From the NCBI RefSeq assembly GCF_006345805.1, contig NC_043015.1:6386001-6450000 (forward strand): DNA of 64,000 nt, written 5' to 3'. Below are positions 23,357-38,921 of this stretch, piece after piece. The position numbers and the translations under genes are program-made. The notes beneath the pieces were generated by a model that was not told the DNA's origin, made no database searches, and saw only the letters and a program-made list of their open reading frames with translations. The stretch is from Octopus sinensis (Eukaryota). Every line of letters starts with the position of its first letter. Positions within the stretch are counted from its first letter, which is position 1.

Positions 23357-23689
23357 GAGATAAAAGAGAGGGACAAATAGATAGGTACAGATATTGATAT
23401 ATTTATATATATATAATGTGAAATAGAAAGATGAATAATCTTGTAGTAGATTAATCAACAGTTTCGCCATGGGCTCTTAGGAGCACAGTTCGATTTGTTT
23501 TTTGCTCCGCCTCTGTTCTGTTTTTGTTTTTCCAACGGATTTCCTTTTTTCTTCCTGAAGAGAAAGACACAATTGGTCCCATTATTCAATCGGATTGTTT
23601 AATTTGTGCCTTTCGAAACACCGTGTAGAATGAAATAAAACGATTTCTGTTCAATCTGCGTTCAGCTCCATTTCTTCAATTCACCAATA

Positions 23690-23722
<33 letters not shown>

Positions 23723-24499
23723 GCAGAGATGGACATAAATCTATATATATATATATATATTATTATATATATATATATATATATATATTAATATATATAT
23801 ATATATATATAAGCAGAGATATACATATAATCTATATATGTATATATTTATAGTTATAGATATAAATATATTACGAATATACACATACATGTACATGCAT
23901 GCATTTTGCGCGAGTATATCTGTTTCTCTGTGTTTGTGTGTGTGAGTGTGTGTGTGTGTGTGAGTCGATGCATTATATAATTCTTATTCTATTTTATGCC
24001 AGCCAGGTAGAGACTGAGGAAGGAAGCTATTTTAAATATAGGCCGCGCATAGCAACAAACTCTGACAAAACATTAACACCATCTTCCCCAAGAAACGTTA
24101 TAGTCAGCATCATCGTCAACATCGTCACCATCGTGATGTTCATAATCACCTACAGCAACAACAATGCAAACAACAACACCAATAACAACAATAACAACGG
24201 ATACATCGTCAACATCATACAAGTCAGTTATCAGGAGCAGCTGCAGTCAATTAAAGCATAGAAAAACATTAGGAGTAAGTGGTATTTAGCATAGATATGA
24301 ACTAGATCTTGTTAAATATGAACACATGGAAGGCAGAGTGCAGGAGAGAGAATGAGAGAGAAAGAGAGAGAGCGAGGGGGAGAGAGAGAGATGGAGAGAT
24401 GTTAGAGATCCCGAAATATGATGTAGGAAGAAAGAGATGTTGATGTAGCACAACTGAGAGTACTCCTACGTACACATATATGTGTGTGTATGTGTGCAT

Positions 24500-24895
<396 letters not shown>

Positions 24896-26739
24896 ATATC
24901 GATATATAATGGAGTTGTTTTGGCATCGAAGCCGCATGGTTCCTGGTTCAATCATACTGCTTGTGTCTGATAATATAACACCGATCGATCATTGCACGTA
25001 CCAGTAGAGGTGAGTGACTGTATATACAGAGAAAGAGAGTGTGAAAGATTAGTAAAGCCAGTGCCTGTGTCTTTGTATGCTTGTATTTACACACACACAT
25101 ACACTCAAGCATATATGCATACGCATGTAATATGTGTGTTTGCGTATGTGGGTATGACACAGGGCGCTAGAATAAATACATAAATATTGCGATGAAGCTT
25201 TTAATGAAGTCACTGATTATACCTTGTTGATGAAGCTGTAAATTTTGTTGTCAAAGATGAAAGTGAAAATACCACCGTTGATAAATCATCACGATAATCA
25301 TGATAATAATGATGATTATGATACTGTCGATGATGATCATAATCAACGTTATAATTATCGTTGCCGTCACTATCGTTGTAATGGTCAACATAAATATTAT
25401 GGTTATAAAGATGACGACGGAAATGTTCAGGTGGTGTCTGTGAGAATGAAAATAGAAAATCTCCCACACCTTTATGGTTATGAAGAATATGGAGGATGAC
25501 CACGGCTATCGATGAGCATCTGCGTTTAGCAACAATACAATTGCACTGAAACTCTGACAGTGATGACGAATTTTCAGAATAACTATTAATTCTGTCTGAC
25601 TGTCACGTTGAAGCGACAACTGGACTCCTGCTTAAACGATGTGGGGACAATTAGTTTCGCTTCTCGTCTGACGAGTTCACTCTATTTCCATTTCCCCGCG
25701 CAAGTTTTTTGTTCAGCAACAAATATGTCTGTGTGTGTCTGTGTATTCGGCCAAAATGAATTTATCATTCCCTTAATTTTCCTTTTGTGCTTCAATTCAG
25801 TGATTCAATTACCATATATTTTGCGAGTGTCATTCTGCTTAGAGGAAAGAACAAAAAAAAAAAAAATAATGATAATAACAACAACAACAACAACAATAAA
25901 GAAAAGCTGTATGACCATATGTTCTAATAACCACCGCTGTGTTTGAGCACATTATTTACAATCTGAATCTCCATCTAGGTTACTGAGCAATATTTGTATA
26001 AACGCTAATTTGAATCGCTGACAAGTTAGACAAAAACGTGTTTTATACTCGAACAAAATATGTGTATTTTGAATTCTGCCACAGTTAATTAGATAGTGTA
26101 TGATCAATAGATTTAATTTCCAACCTCTGTATCTCAAGTAAACGAAGTTATCTGAATATAATATATTACCACTAACCAACGGCAATACTATAAACTTGGG
26201 GTGTCTCACTAAGAAAACTAACTGATTTTACAGTATTCTGTACGAAAGAAAAATAATCTCTCTTTTCATTTGTGCTTGTAAGTTTTTTGTGATAATAATA
26301 TTTTTATGTTTATGCACGTCTCGCACAATGCTTTTTCTTTCTTTCTTCTAAGCTTGTTCACACCAGGGTGGCAGACGCGGCGTTTATTTCGGTAGATATT
26401 TGCGAGACTCATTCGTTAATAGAATATTTATGTACTGGGCTACTGACTGCGATATGCTCTAATTTTACTGATATATCTATTTACTCGACACGATCTAGCG
26501 ACAAAAATTTTCTCTATCCTAGAAGCTACAGTCTGCTTACATTGGTAAGACAATCTTTACTATTATAACTATTTACCACTAGATATCATGAAATTTCTTA
26601 ACTAGAAGTGGTGAATTGATAGCATATAAACAGCAAAGAAGAAAACACTTTCGTTGCATATAAATATATATATGGCCATTTCGTATTGATCTCAACTTTA
26701 GCGAAGTATTTCAGTATTTACTTCCTTCGATGTTAGTGT

Positions 26740-27040
26740 TGGGCAGAAAGGCGGGGGAGCTGGCAAAGGTGGGGGGAGTTGGCAAAGGTGGGAGGACTGG
26801 TAAAGGCAGGGGACCTGGCAGAATCGGAAGCGCGCCGGGTGAAATGCTTAGCGGCATTTCGTCCGTCGTTACGTTCTGAGTTCAAATTCCGCTGAGGTCG
26901 ACTTTGCCTTTCATCCTTTCGGGGTCGATAAATTAAGTACCAGTTACGCACTGATGTCGATATAATCGACTTAATCCGTTTGTCTGTCCTTGTTTGTCCC
27001 CTCCGTGTGTAGCCCCTTGTGGGCAGTAAAGAAATAAGAA
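26740..27040 (+). mobile_element. SINE family A with tandemly amplified 5' (A-box) end
   Basis: Four ~18-21-nt TGGCAAAGG(T/C)GGG... units precede TGGCAGAATC; full body and type-1 tail. Confidence 0.9.
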
Positions 27041-27277
27041 ACGTTGTTCTGAAAGCGCTAGTGTGTCGTAAACAATGAGCTAGTGACACCGTCACCATAT
27101 TTTACTGAATTAAAATTCAGATTAACTTTTTCCAATTTCTCCTGAGAAAACCACAAAAGCTTGGCACGTTATTCTATGTTATTGATTGCATATACTATAT
27201 GAAAATATTGAGTCTATAAGTAGCATTCATCCACCCTTTATTTGCATCGTATTTACGAAAACTTGGCCATATCACGC

Positions 27278-27736
27278 GTGCAGTCTGTGATTTCTCCAGG
27301 AATTTTCCCCGTGTACTTCATACATGACGCCTGAAATTGCGACCGCACTAAATGTACATAAAGAGACTAAATATTTATATGAGCACAACGTCAGTCAAGA
27401 GTAGAACTCAGTGAAATAGCGGCAGGGATATATCAATAAATTATGTAAAATATGTCCCTCATGTTAGGTACCCGGCTGCAAGCGGAAATCACGATAAAAA
27501 GATGATCACATCAAGTGTGCAATCTGTGATTTTCCAAAGACTGCTCTCTTCGGTTTGATATATTGCTGGTGAAATTGAGATTGATTTAAATGTAGATAAA
27601 GAGACCATATATTTATATCAGCTCAATGCCAATCAAGAGTAGATAGGATTCGCTGCGATAGGAGGAGAGAAATATCGACAAAACATGTCGCTGGTGTTAG
27701 GTACTCTACTGCAAGCGGAAATGACGATCAAAAGAT
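27278..27736. repeat. Diverged tandem duplication, ~238-bp period
   Basis: Shared blocks GTGCA(G/A)TCTGTGATTT, TAAATGTA.ATAAAGAGAC, TATTTATA, TCAAGAGTAGA, TGTTAGGTAC and CTGCAAGCGGAAAT.ACGAT occur in the same order. Confidence 0.85.
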
Positions 27737-28005
27737 AGACTTTTGATTAAGTAATTACTACTATTCCATATGTGCGTAATCCTTCTGCAGACATTTTAGA
27801 ACATGATAGTATTTCAGTTTCTTAAAATATTTCAAATTATCTATAAATATATAAATATATATATACTTTCTAAACAATTTCAGAAAACGCGTATCTCATG
27901 TTTGAAAGTATCTTGCCCGACATGCTAACGAGTCTTCTAGCTCACCGCCTCAGTTATACTATTGATAAGAAACAATTTATTTATTTTATAAATGGTTATA
28001 TTATT

Positions 28006-28043
<38 letters not shown>

Positions 28044-28685
28044 CCTCTATTTACATAATATTGAGGTATCATTCTTTCTTTGTTATCTTACCGTTTTTAC
28101 TAATATATATATATATATATATGTATATGTATATTTCTATATATATAGATACACACACGTGTGTGTGGTGTGTGTGTGTTCTCGCGTGAGCATGTGTATC
28201 ACCGTGTGTGTCTGTATCTATCTTATTTCTACAGAACATTTAATTCGCACAAAATCTTCAATGCCTTTTTCTTATTTCCTATAATCAAGTGTCTTTAAAA
28301 TTCTACGCCCCTTTGTTACCAGGAAAGCCAGTGAATCGTAGTTATTACTGTCATTCAAAAATTGTTTCCTATTGCTAACCGTTAGTGGCTTCTTAAGTGT
28401 TACTTCATTACAGGACGAAGCCACAACAATATCTTTTCGTTTAAGTGTTTATTTATGCAGTTATTCTTGAAATTTATTACCATCCTCCTTTCATAGGTGT
28501 TTCAGAGAATCAATGTCCAACTGAAGTATGTACTTTACTATATTTAGTAATGTGTCTTACTTTCTGAAATTCAAACACAAATAAATTAGTTTTTTTTTCC
28601 AATAACAACACTCACGCTGTCGTTAAGGGCAGTTTGATAAACTTGTGCTTGTGTTAGATATGTTTATTATTATTTAGATGCGACA

Positions 28686-29085
28686 AGTCGGCAAGCTGCC
28701 AGAAGACTTAGCACGCCGAGTGAAATGCTTAACAGTATTTCGCCTGCCGCTAAGTTCTGAGTTCAAATTCTGCCGAGGTCGACTTTGCCTTTCATCCTAT
28801 CGGGGTCGATAAATTAAGTACCAGTTATGCACAGGAGTCGATATAATCGACTTAATATCTTTGTCTGTCCTTGTTTGTCCTCTCTGTGTTTAGCCCCTTG
28901 TGGGCAGTAAAGAAATAAGTATTTCGTCTCTCGCAACGTTCTCAGTTAAAACTTCGCCGAGTTCGATTTTTGCCTTTCTTCATTTCGAGGCCGATAAAGT
29001 AAGCACCAGTTAAGTACTGGGTCGATATAATCGACTTAATACTTTCCCCCAAGTTTCAGGCCTTGTGCCTATAGTAGAAAGGATT
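28686..29085 (+). mobile_element. Tandem dimer of SINE family A (one head plus two bodies)
   Basis: Junction GAAATAAG|TATTTCGTC at ~28919. The second body is more diverged and has the type-2 tail. Confidence 0.88.
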
Positions 29086-29374
29086 AAAATGTGCTAGTGT
29101 ACCGTGAATATAGGCTGCCGGTATTTCTTACTATTTAGGTGGACAGATTCAGTACAGTCTCTCGGAAAATGCTTTGCGATATATGTGTTGCCTCTTTGAG
29201 ATCTGGAGATCTGGGTTCAAATCACGACGAAGTTATCTTTCTTTTTCATATATTTGATGTCGATAACTGATGTTCTTATATCAATGATGTTGATGGTTAT
29301 CCAAACCAAAATTACAGGCATTCTACCAATTCTAGAGTGGGGGTGGGCGTAGTTGTTATTGTTGATGGTGATGA

Positions 29375-29520
29375 TGTTCCGAGTTCAAATTTTCGCTGAG
29401 CCTCACTCTACTTTTCATCCTTTCGGGGCCGATAAAATACCTACAATTGAGTGCTGACGTCGGTGCAACAGACTTAACCCTATCCCGAATTTGCTAGCGT
29501 GGTGCCAAGATTTGAAATCC
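29375..29520 (+). mobile_element. Degenerate SINE family A fragment
   Basis: GAGTTCAAATTTTCGCTGAG...TTTTCATCCTTTCGGGGCCGATAAA. Confidence 0.6.
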
Positions 29521-29539
29521 TTATTCATATTATTGCTAA

Positions 29540-29588
29540 GAGCAGCAGCAGTCGGAGCCTCAACAGCCACAGCAGCAGCAGCAGTAGC

Positions 29589-29642
<54 letters not shown>

Positions 29643-29676
29643 GGTGGTGGTGGTGGTGGTGGTGGTGGTGGTGGTG

Positions 29677-29722
<46 letters not shown>
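29540..29722. repeat. Compound trinucleotide microsatellite (AGC)(AGT)(GGT)(AGT)
   Basis: Direct inspection. Similar compound tracts occur at 48690-48770 and 51160-51290. Confidence 0.95.
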
Positions 29723-29723
<1 letters not shown>

Positions 29724-30020
29724 CGCTGTTATTGAATGTCGATGTGTAATATTATTAGTAAAGATAGAAAAATTGCTTGATTATGCGAGGGACAAATTTC
29801 TGAAACTTTCCTTTGGTTAACCCTTTGATTAGAAACCCCGATGGGGATTTGCCAAGTGGGATATGAATGAGATCAAAGTATGAAAGCATCATAAAGAATT
29901 GTAAAAGAGTTTCTGAATCAATGGGTAAGGCTATATGCCTTCTCTCCTCTAACTCAAAATTCTATGATACATTTACATGTGTGTATGTATATTCATAATA
30001 GACTCAAACATGAAATATTT

Positions 30021-30074
<54 letters not shown>

Positions 30075-30086
30075 TTACGCATACAT

Positions 30087-30126
<40 letters not shown>

Positions 30127-30141
30127 TATATATATATATAT

Positions 30142-30183
<42 letters not shown>

Positions 30184-30198
30184 TATATACGCATACAT

Positions 30199-30233
<35 letters not shown>

Positions 30234-30257
30234 CATAATGCATATTTATACATACAC

Positions 30258-30309
<52 letters not shown>

Positions 30310-31670
30310 CGTGTATGTGTAAGGCTATGTATAAATGTATAAACACACATATATATATATATAGACAGAAAGAGACAGAGACAGAAGGAGGGATGGAAAA
30401 TGAGTTATATATATGCTAATATGGAGGCAAACATAGGAATGGACGAAGTTATAACCATATACGCATGCGTCATCACATACGCACTCACACACTCTCTCAC
30501 ACACATAATGTACACACATGCGCACACAAACATATATATACAAATATATGTATTGTGCTTTGTTACATTATTCTTTGTTTTTGCTTTGTGTTTTTGTTTT
30601 GTTTTTTTTTTTGTTTTTTTGGTATGGTTGAATTCTGAGTTTATTGTGTTAGCCATATAAAAACAAAGTCAAGAACCCCGAAGAATTAGCAAAAGAACGA
30701 TTGCTGTCAAAATTGCTTCGCACCACTCATTGGTTTCATACTTGGCATCCTGTCAACTTATTGGCATAAATAGATTATTATTTTAATAGAGATGAATCTG
30801 TTTGAAACCAGAAATAGCGTCAGGTAATAAAATATACAGAATAAAATTCCATTTAAAACTGACATGATTAGAATGGCCAAAACAATATTCAGAAATTTCT
30901 AACATTCTTTTGTTTTAGATTAAAATTTGTTTCTTTCTTTTTTTCTCTTTCTTCTTCTTCTTCTTGTTGTATTCATGCATAAATCTGCATAGCGTAGCTG
31001 CAAAATGGTAACAATTGTTTTTGTCATATCCATTTTGTTATTAAGACAATACATGCAGAAAGGGAAATAAGTGGCCAGAAGACGAAGTAACTAGGTTATA
31101 GCAAGTCAGAGAAATTACATCAGGTTTTTTTTTTATTTTTTTACTTTGATTTTTGGAAATAATTCTTGTTCATTTCATTTTAAATTGACGATATTTTATT
31201 TTATAGAAAATAAATGAAGCACACGCATACACATTCAATCACAGATACACACTAATACAGACACTCACGCACAATCACCAACATGTGCGCATATGTACTT
31301 AAAATAAACATAGAAAATTAGTCTGTTATTTCGATGTCTTTCCCTGATGAAATATGATTTCTGTGTTATATAAAAATTTCATTGAAAGAGCTGCTACGAA
31401 GGATTCGCATTATCATTATCGTTTTCTGTGCCTATGTTAACTGTACATGTCTCTCTCCACTATTTTATAACCGAGCATTGTGCCTGAGTGACACTGAGTT
31501 TATAGACTCCGAATAGATGAAACGTTAAGAGAACCTCCACATGAAATATGAAGAACTGGAAGAGAAACATCAGCATTCTCTGAAGGAAAGCGTGCACAAT
31601 TAATTGCCAAAACAAATGGCGGGATGTCAACAAGCTAGACCAAATAACGTCGTCCTATGTTAAACTCAAT

Positions 31671-31975
31671 GGAGGCGCAATGGCCCGGTGGTTAAGCCAG
31701 CGGACTCGCGGTTGGAGGATCACGGTTTCGATTTCCAGACCGGGCGTTGTGTGTGTTTATTGAGCGAAAACACGTAAAAGCTCCACGAAGCTCCAGCAGG
31801 GGATGGTGGTGAACCCTGTTGTACTCTTTCGCCACAACTTTCTCTCACTCTCCCTCTTCCTGTTTCTTGAGTAACGCTGTGATGGACTGGCAACCCGTCC
31901 AGCTGGGGGGAACACATTCGCCACGAAAACCTGGAAACAGAGCCCATGAGCCTGGCTAGGCTTGAAAAGGGCGAC
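31671..31975 (+). mobile_element. tRNA-derived SINE, family C, tail type 1 (V/Meta-domain-like)
   Basis: tRNA-like head GGAGGCGCAATGGCCCGGTGGTTAAG..GGACTCGCGG..GGTTTCGATT; tail GATGGACTGGCAACCCGTCCAGCTGGGGG. Confidence 0.88.
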
Positions 31976-33959
31976 GTGTATCGATTTTTTTAATATTAAA
32001 ATTATACATGCATGGCATGGTTCGACAAATTGTTTTGTCATTGAATGCAGGTCAGTTATTTGTTAACAAATCTAAGTAAATGCGAAAAAAGGAAATGATT
32101 TTTAACAAATTCATGGGAGAAGGAAATTTAAAGAAGCTTGCATTTAATAAGCATGGGTGGGAACTGTTTGCAAATAACCGACTAAACTAAAGATGGATCC
32201 TGTATGATTGCAGCCAAACAAGTGGATACTTCATGAGAAGAGCTTAGCGACAAGAGTGGATTTAGAAACCAGAATGAAGAAATGAGCTCAGAGGTTCATG
32301 TCAAGTGAGACAAATAATTTAAATTCTATGGCTAAAACTGTGGATTTACATTGGTCATCAAGTCGCATGGAGGTGCATGAAAATTAACTCGATTTGTACA
32401 ATCACTGTCCATATATTGAGATCGATGATGATGGCGGTGAATCCACATATATCTCTCAGTCTCATTTTCTCCCAGTCTATCTATCTATATATCTATACAC
32501 ATTCACGTACACACATACACGCACACACATGATCGTTTGTAGAAATACATAAATCCGGAGAAGCACACTCTAATGTGTGTGTGTGTGTATATATATACTG
32601 GTATATAGGCTGACAAATACACAGATACATAAATATATAGGCTCTTTTGTCATTTATTCGATCTATTTTCGAAGCTCTGTTATAATTCTCACTCTCTTCC
32701 TGTCTCTGCATCAATCTCTTTAGCAATTGTTCTATTACTCACTATATTCGATCGCTGGTTTGATTTGAAAACCCCACTAGAACGGGGGAAAGCGCTAATA
32801 CATAATCTAAATTATGTGATGTATAAAAACATGTAATATACAAATAAATATCTGTAAATATAAAACCATCCGATTTTCTAAGTACCTCATTTCTTCTAAT
32901 ATAAAATACCTGTACATCATCTCCAAACTTACAATATATATATATATACTTTTGTCATTTATTGTTGTGATACCCAACTATAATTTAAATACTTTTGATT
33001 GACTAAGTGTAAGTCATCTGCAATGTAACGTGTGTGCTTATTTATATTTCGATCGAATATAGTGAGTAATAGAACAAGCGCTAAATAGATTGATGCAGAG
33101 ACAGGAAGAGAGTGAGAGTTATAGCAGAGCTTCGAAAATAGATCGAATAAACGGCAAGTAGCCTATATAGTTATGTATCTGTGTATTTGTCAGCCTGTGT
33201 TTATTATTGTGCCTACTTTTGTATGCTCAGCTGATTACATTTTTAGCACAAGAATAGAACGTTTTAAAGATGTACTGAATTTGAGGAGACTGTAATTTCC
33301 TACACAGTGCAGACCACGAATTTAATCGTGTTGATTAAACTGAAATTGAAATGTATAATATATTGTTGCTGTTGCAATTGCTATTACAGTTAGTGCGTTT
33401 AAATTATAACATCACAGTGAACGAAAATATAATTGGAAAAAAATAAAACAGAAAAAAAAGAATGATTAACCAAAAAAAAAGAACAATAGAATCATCCAAC
33501 ATAACTAAAACCCTCAACAAAATAAAATCTACATCAAATCAGCAACAGTACTAATAATTTTTTTTGTCCTTTTTTTCATAGCCTTTCAACATTTCCTGTG
33601 CAATGTTTATTTGGTGACGGTAATTGTCATGGTAATGTTTAGGTAATTTGAACTGGAACAGAAGCAATCGGAACAATGCAGCCATAGAAAACATAATTCT
33701 TATTGGAAATAAAAAATTACATTTTCTAGAAAACAGCTAAAAATACATAAACTGTTTGCAATTGGACATTTCTTCTGTTGTTCAAGGTCTTCTTCATTTC
33801 CTTTACAATTTTTTTCTCTGGATAATTGTATTTTCGCTCCTGAAACTGCTATCGCCGCTGTTGTGATTCCTTCTCCTTCCCTTTCACCACCTTCTCTTCC
33901 TCCGACTACAACTAATAATAATAACAGTAATAATAATAATCCATAGAAATAAATAACAG

Positions 33960-34500
33960 GACCGAAATAATGGTAGGAGAGGCTACTCGATTTCATCTAC
34001 CTAAGTGCTCAAATGCTACTTACGTTATCGAACTCCAAAACAATAAAAGTAAAACCGATATTGTCAGAATTGGAACTCAGAACGTAAAACCGAACTCAGA
34101 ACATTTTATCCGACTTGATGACGTTTCTGCAAGAACACCGCCTTAAGTATTAATACTTTCTATTATAGGTACAATGTATGATATTTGGGGGAGAGGTTTA
34201 CATTCATCTAATACTAAACTGGTACTTTATTTTATTGATATCCAAAGGATGAAAGGCAAACATTGAACTAAGAGATTAAAGCGCCTGGAAAAATGCCGCT
34301 AAGAATGTTCTCCTGTGTGCTAAAAATCCTGCGAGCTCGGCACCTGAATAATCATTCTTTTTGCTATATTCGCATGGCATATATTAGGGGAGGATGGTTC
34401 GATAATATTAACTCCAGTGCTCAATTAGAACTTACTTTATCGACACTGAAATGATGTAACACAAAGTCAACCTCGACGGCATTTGAACGTGGAGCATCAA
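33960..34500 (-). mobile_element. Three adjacent, highly degenerate SINE family A copies in the same orientation
   Basis: Approximate copies 33960-34145, 34165-34345 and 34390-34500, each with recognisable head and/or core remnants on the minus strand. Confidence 0.55.
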
Positions 34501-35287
34501 AGACAATTTCCTATCATCATTCTGTTGGTAAATTTTCTCATTAATGGTAAGAGAAAATGGATTTTGATAATTTTCTTCTTGTTTATGTTATTTTATCATC
34601 GGAATTATTTGAATCGTTATCAAAACATTTTATTATTGCACCCCTTTATGTATGGTGAATAAGGAAAATATAATGAAATATCATTTGTACAAAAGAAGAT
34701 ACATTTTGAATATTCAATGTTAAAACGAGAATTATTTTAAGACGTCACAAGTGCTCTAAATGAAAGCACTGCTTTCAGGTTTACATTTAACAAGATACAG
34801 CTACCCTCCTTTGCTCATCAAGTATTGTAGTTATGGAGTCGACATGGATACATGCTGGGAACTAAATAATAACATTGATTTTTATTACTCGTATGTGGGA
34901 GGTTGTTTGAAGTGAAAATTTTCGTTGAAGCACATCGTTAAGTAGTCTAGTTTCGTTTTAATGTAAGACTTGCACAGAAAACAGAGATATATTTTATACA
35001 GTACAAAACTATATATATGTAATATAGAATAATATGTATAATATACTGGTTAGTTAATTTAAGTAAGATCCTCAGCAACATTAAACGAAGCATCTAATCA
35101 GACATATCTATTATCCACATGATACCAAAACTAAAGGAATGTCTATTTTTCTAAGTAAGTAGCTTAGTTACATGCATAGCGGTCAGAAAATGTCCCGAAA
35201 ATCAGGAGGAGACCTAGAGGGGATTAATTTGTGATGCATGATATATAAAATGAACTAATATGTGTTACATAATCTCTCCCTTCTCTT

Positions 35288-35306
35288 TATCTTTCTATCT
35301 GTATAT

Positions 35307-35340
<34 letters not shown>

Positions 35341-35416
35341 ATATATATATATACATATATATCTACATATATATATATTATATAACATATATATATTATA
35401 TATATATATACATATA

Positions 35417-35448
<32 letters not shown>

Positions 35449-35451
35449 TAC

Positions 35452-35482
<31 letters not shown>

Positions 35483-35489
35483 CATATAT

Positions 35490-35540
<51 letters not shown>

Positions 35541-35543
35541 CAC

Positions 35544-35600
<57 letters not shown>

Positions 35601-35654
35601 CATATATATATCTATACATATGGATATATATATATATACATATATAATATATAC

Positions 35655-35687
<33 letters not shown>

Positions 35688-35770
35688 CATATATATTATT
35701 ATATAACATATATATATATATAACATATATATATATATATAATATATACATATATATATATAATATACAT

Positions 35771-35802
<32 letters not shown>

Positions 35803-36000
35803 CATATAATATATATATATACATATATTATATATACATATATATATAAGACATATATATATTAACTATACATATATATATTATATACATATACATATAT
35901 ATATACATATACAATATATAATACATATACATATATATATATACATAACATATATATATATACATATACATATATACATATATCTATATTATATATATAC

Positions 36001-36036
<36 letters not shown>

Positions 36037-36077
36037 CATATATATAATATATATACATATATATATATATACATAGG

Positions 36078-36109
<32 letters not shown>

Positions 36110-36449
36110 CTATAATATATATATCACATTATATATATAATATCATATATAATATATATATATAATATATATTATAATATATACATATATATATATATAT
36201 AAAATTTTATATATACATAATATATATATAATATAATAATACATCTATTACTATTATACATATATACATATATATATACATATATAATATATACATATAT
36301 ATATATTACATATAGTTATATACATATATATAATATACATACATATCTATATAGTATACATATACATATATATACATATACATATAATATATACATATAC
36401 ATATATATATATACATATACCTATATATATCTACATATACATTATACAT

Positions 36450-36483
<34 letters not shown>

Positions 36484-37007
36484 ATATACTAATATATATA
36501 TACATACCTAAATACATATACATAAAATATATAATTCTACATATACTATATCTATATACATATACATATATATATACATATACCTATATATATATACTAT
36601 ACATATATATATACATATACATATATATATACCTATAATATATATATATATATATATTACATATATATATATACAAAATATACATATATATATATATATA
36701 CATTACATATATATACATATACTATACATCTACATATACATCATATACATTATTATATTATATCATATACATATATATATATATATTCTATATATATACA
36801 TATATATATTACATATACATATATATATATATACATATACAGATATATACATATACATATACATATACATACATATACATATCATATATATATACATATA
36901 CATAATATACATATACATATATATATATACATATCATATATATATATCTACATATACAATATATACATATACATATACATAATATCCATATAGATATATA
37001 CATATAC

Positions 37008-37041
<34 letters not shown>

Positions 37042-37815
37042 ATATCTATACATATATATATATATATATACCCATATATCTATATATACATATATATATA
37101 TATATACATATATAAATTATATATACATCTATATCTACATATCTATATCTATATATATTACATATATTCTCTATATATATACATATATATATAACCTATA
37201 CTATATAATATATATATACATTATATATACATATATATTATATATATATATATATAGCATATATAATATATACATATATATATATATACATATATCAATA
37301 TATATATACATATATCCTAATATCTATATATATATATTATATATATATATGCATATGATATATATATATATATATATATCTATAATTATATATACATCTA
37401 TATCTATATATATATCCCTATATATACATATATATATATACATATATATACATATATATATATACTACATCTATATACTACATATATATATAACATATAT
37501 ATATATCCATAATATATATATACTATACTACATATATATATATATACTACATATATATATAATATATATATATACATACCATATATATACAATACATATA
37601 TATATATATCACATACATATATTATATATACATACATATATATATATCCATACATATATTATATACATACATACCCTATATATATACATACATACATATA
37701 TTATACATACATACATATATATATACATACATACATATATATATATATATCTATCTATAATATATATATATATATTATATATATATATATGTATATATGT
37801 TAATGTATGTATATG
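35288..37815. repeat. ~2.5-kb degenerate (TA)n/(TATACA)n array
   Basis: Direct inspection; almost no G on the plus strand. Confidence 0.95.
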
Positions 37816-38403
37816 ACACAAAAGGATTTTAAATGGGGCGACAGCTGTTTCCTTAGAACTATACTGAAGTATACATAGATTGGATCATAACATAAATCCA
37901 CCATCTTCAGGTACAAATTTGAGCAGGTAAAAACTTGATGACGAATCCAGTGTAATATTGGGCCATATGATTTATCACACCTGTTTCAAATTTTACCCGA
38001 AAACGTTGGAATTATGCTATGATGTATTCATAGATTACATCAATTAATAAGCTCTGCTGGAGCAATTCTCGTGAATTTTGAATCCAAATTTGTCTTCTTT
38101 TCCGTACCTATGCCGTATCTTCAACCATTCTTGAGGCGGATCCACGACTTATATTGGATTTGGTGCCTACATATGTTAGTGCAGCATCTTACCAACACAT
38201 GATACCTTCAAGGTTGTTTTACCACACTGTTAATGCTACGTTATTGTACCTAACCTTTTCTAGAGTCGTACATGTTTATGTGCCTAGATTATAATGAATG
38301 GTATAACGAATATACATGTATATGCATACACACATACGTGCACACACACCCTAAATTTAGCTAATAGATAAACACTACTTGGCACTTAATATGTTGAATA
38401 TAT

Positions 38404-38440
<37 letters not shown>

Positions 38441-38877
38441 CAATTTGTTTCAAAAGTAATATAATGGAATGAATGCTATCAATTAGATCAGTAATTATTG
38501 CGAGTCAACACAGTTTACGGATAACTCTGGAATATATTGAGCTTATATTGATTTCCCATATCTTAGAATGTATGTCATCATAATAAATATTATTGTGGTA
38601 TTTCGTCCTGTTCTTGCGTAATCTCTCTGATTATATATTAATCTAACTAATGGAACTTGTAGCTTCAGGTAGCAAACTTCAAAATTTCGGTCAACCAGTC
38701 TTTGTGGAGAATTACACATGCATCTGCATTATATATAGATACATGCATCAGATACATACATACATGTATATATACATATATATATATATATAATATATAT
38801 ATAATATATATATATATTTATATATGTATATATATAAATAAACATTTACATATTTATACATACACACACACACATAT

Positions 38878-38921
<44 letters not shown>

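Noticed and set aside
31671-31745. tRNA-like sequences (also at 39865-39935 and 59179-59255)
   Set aside because: They continue into a shared SINE body and lack a complete cloverleaf, so they are SINE heads rather than tRNA genes.
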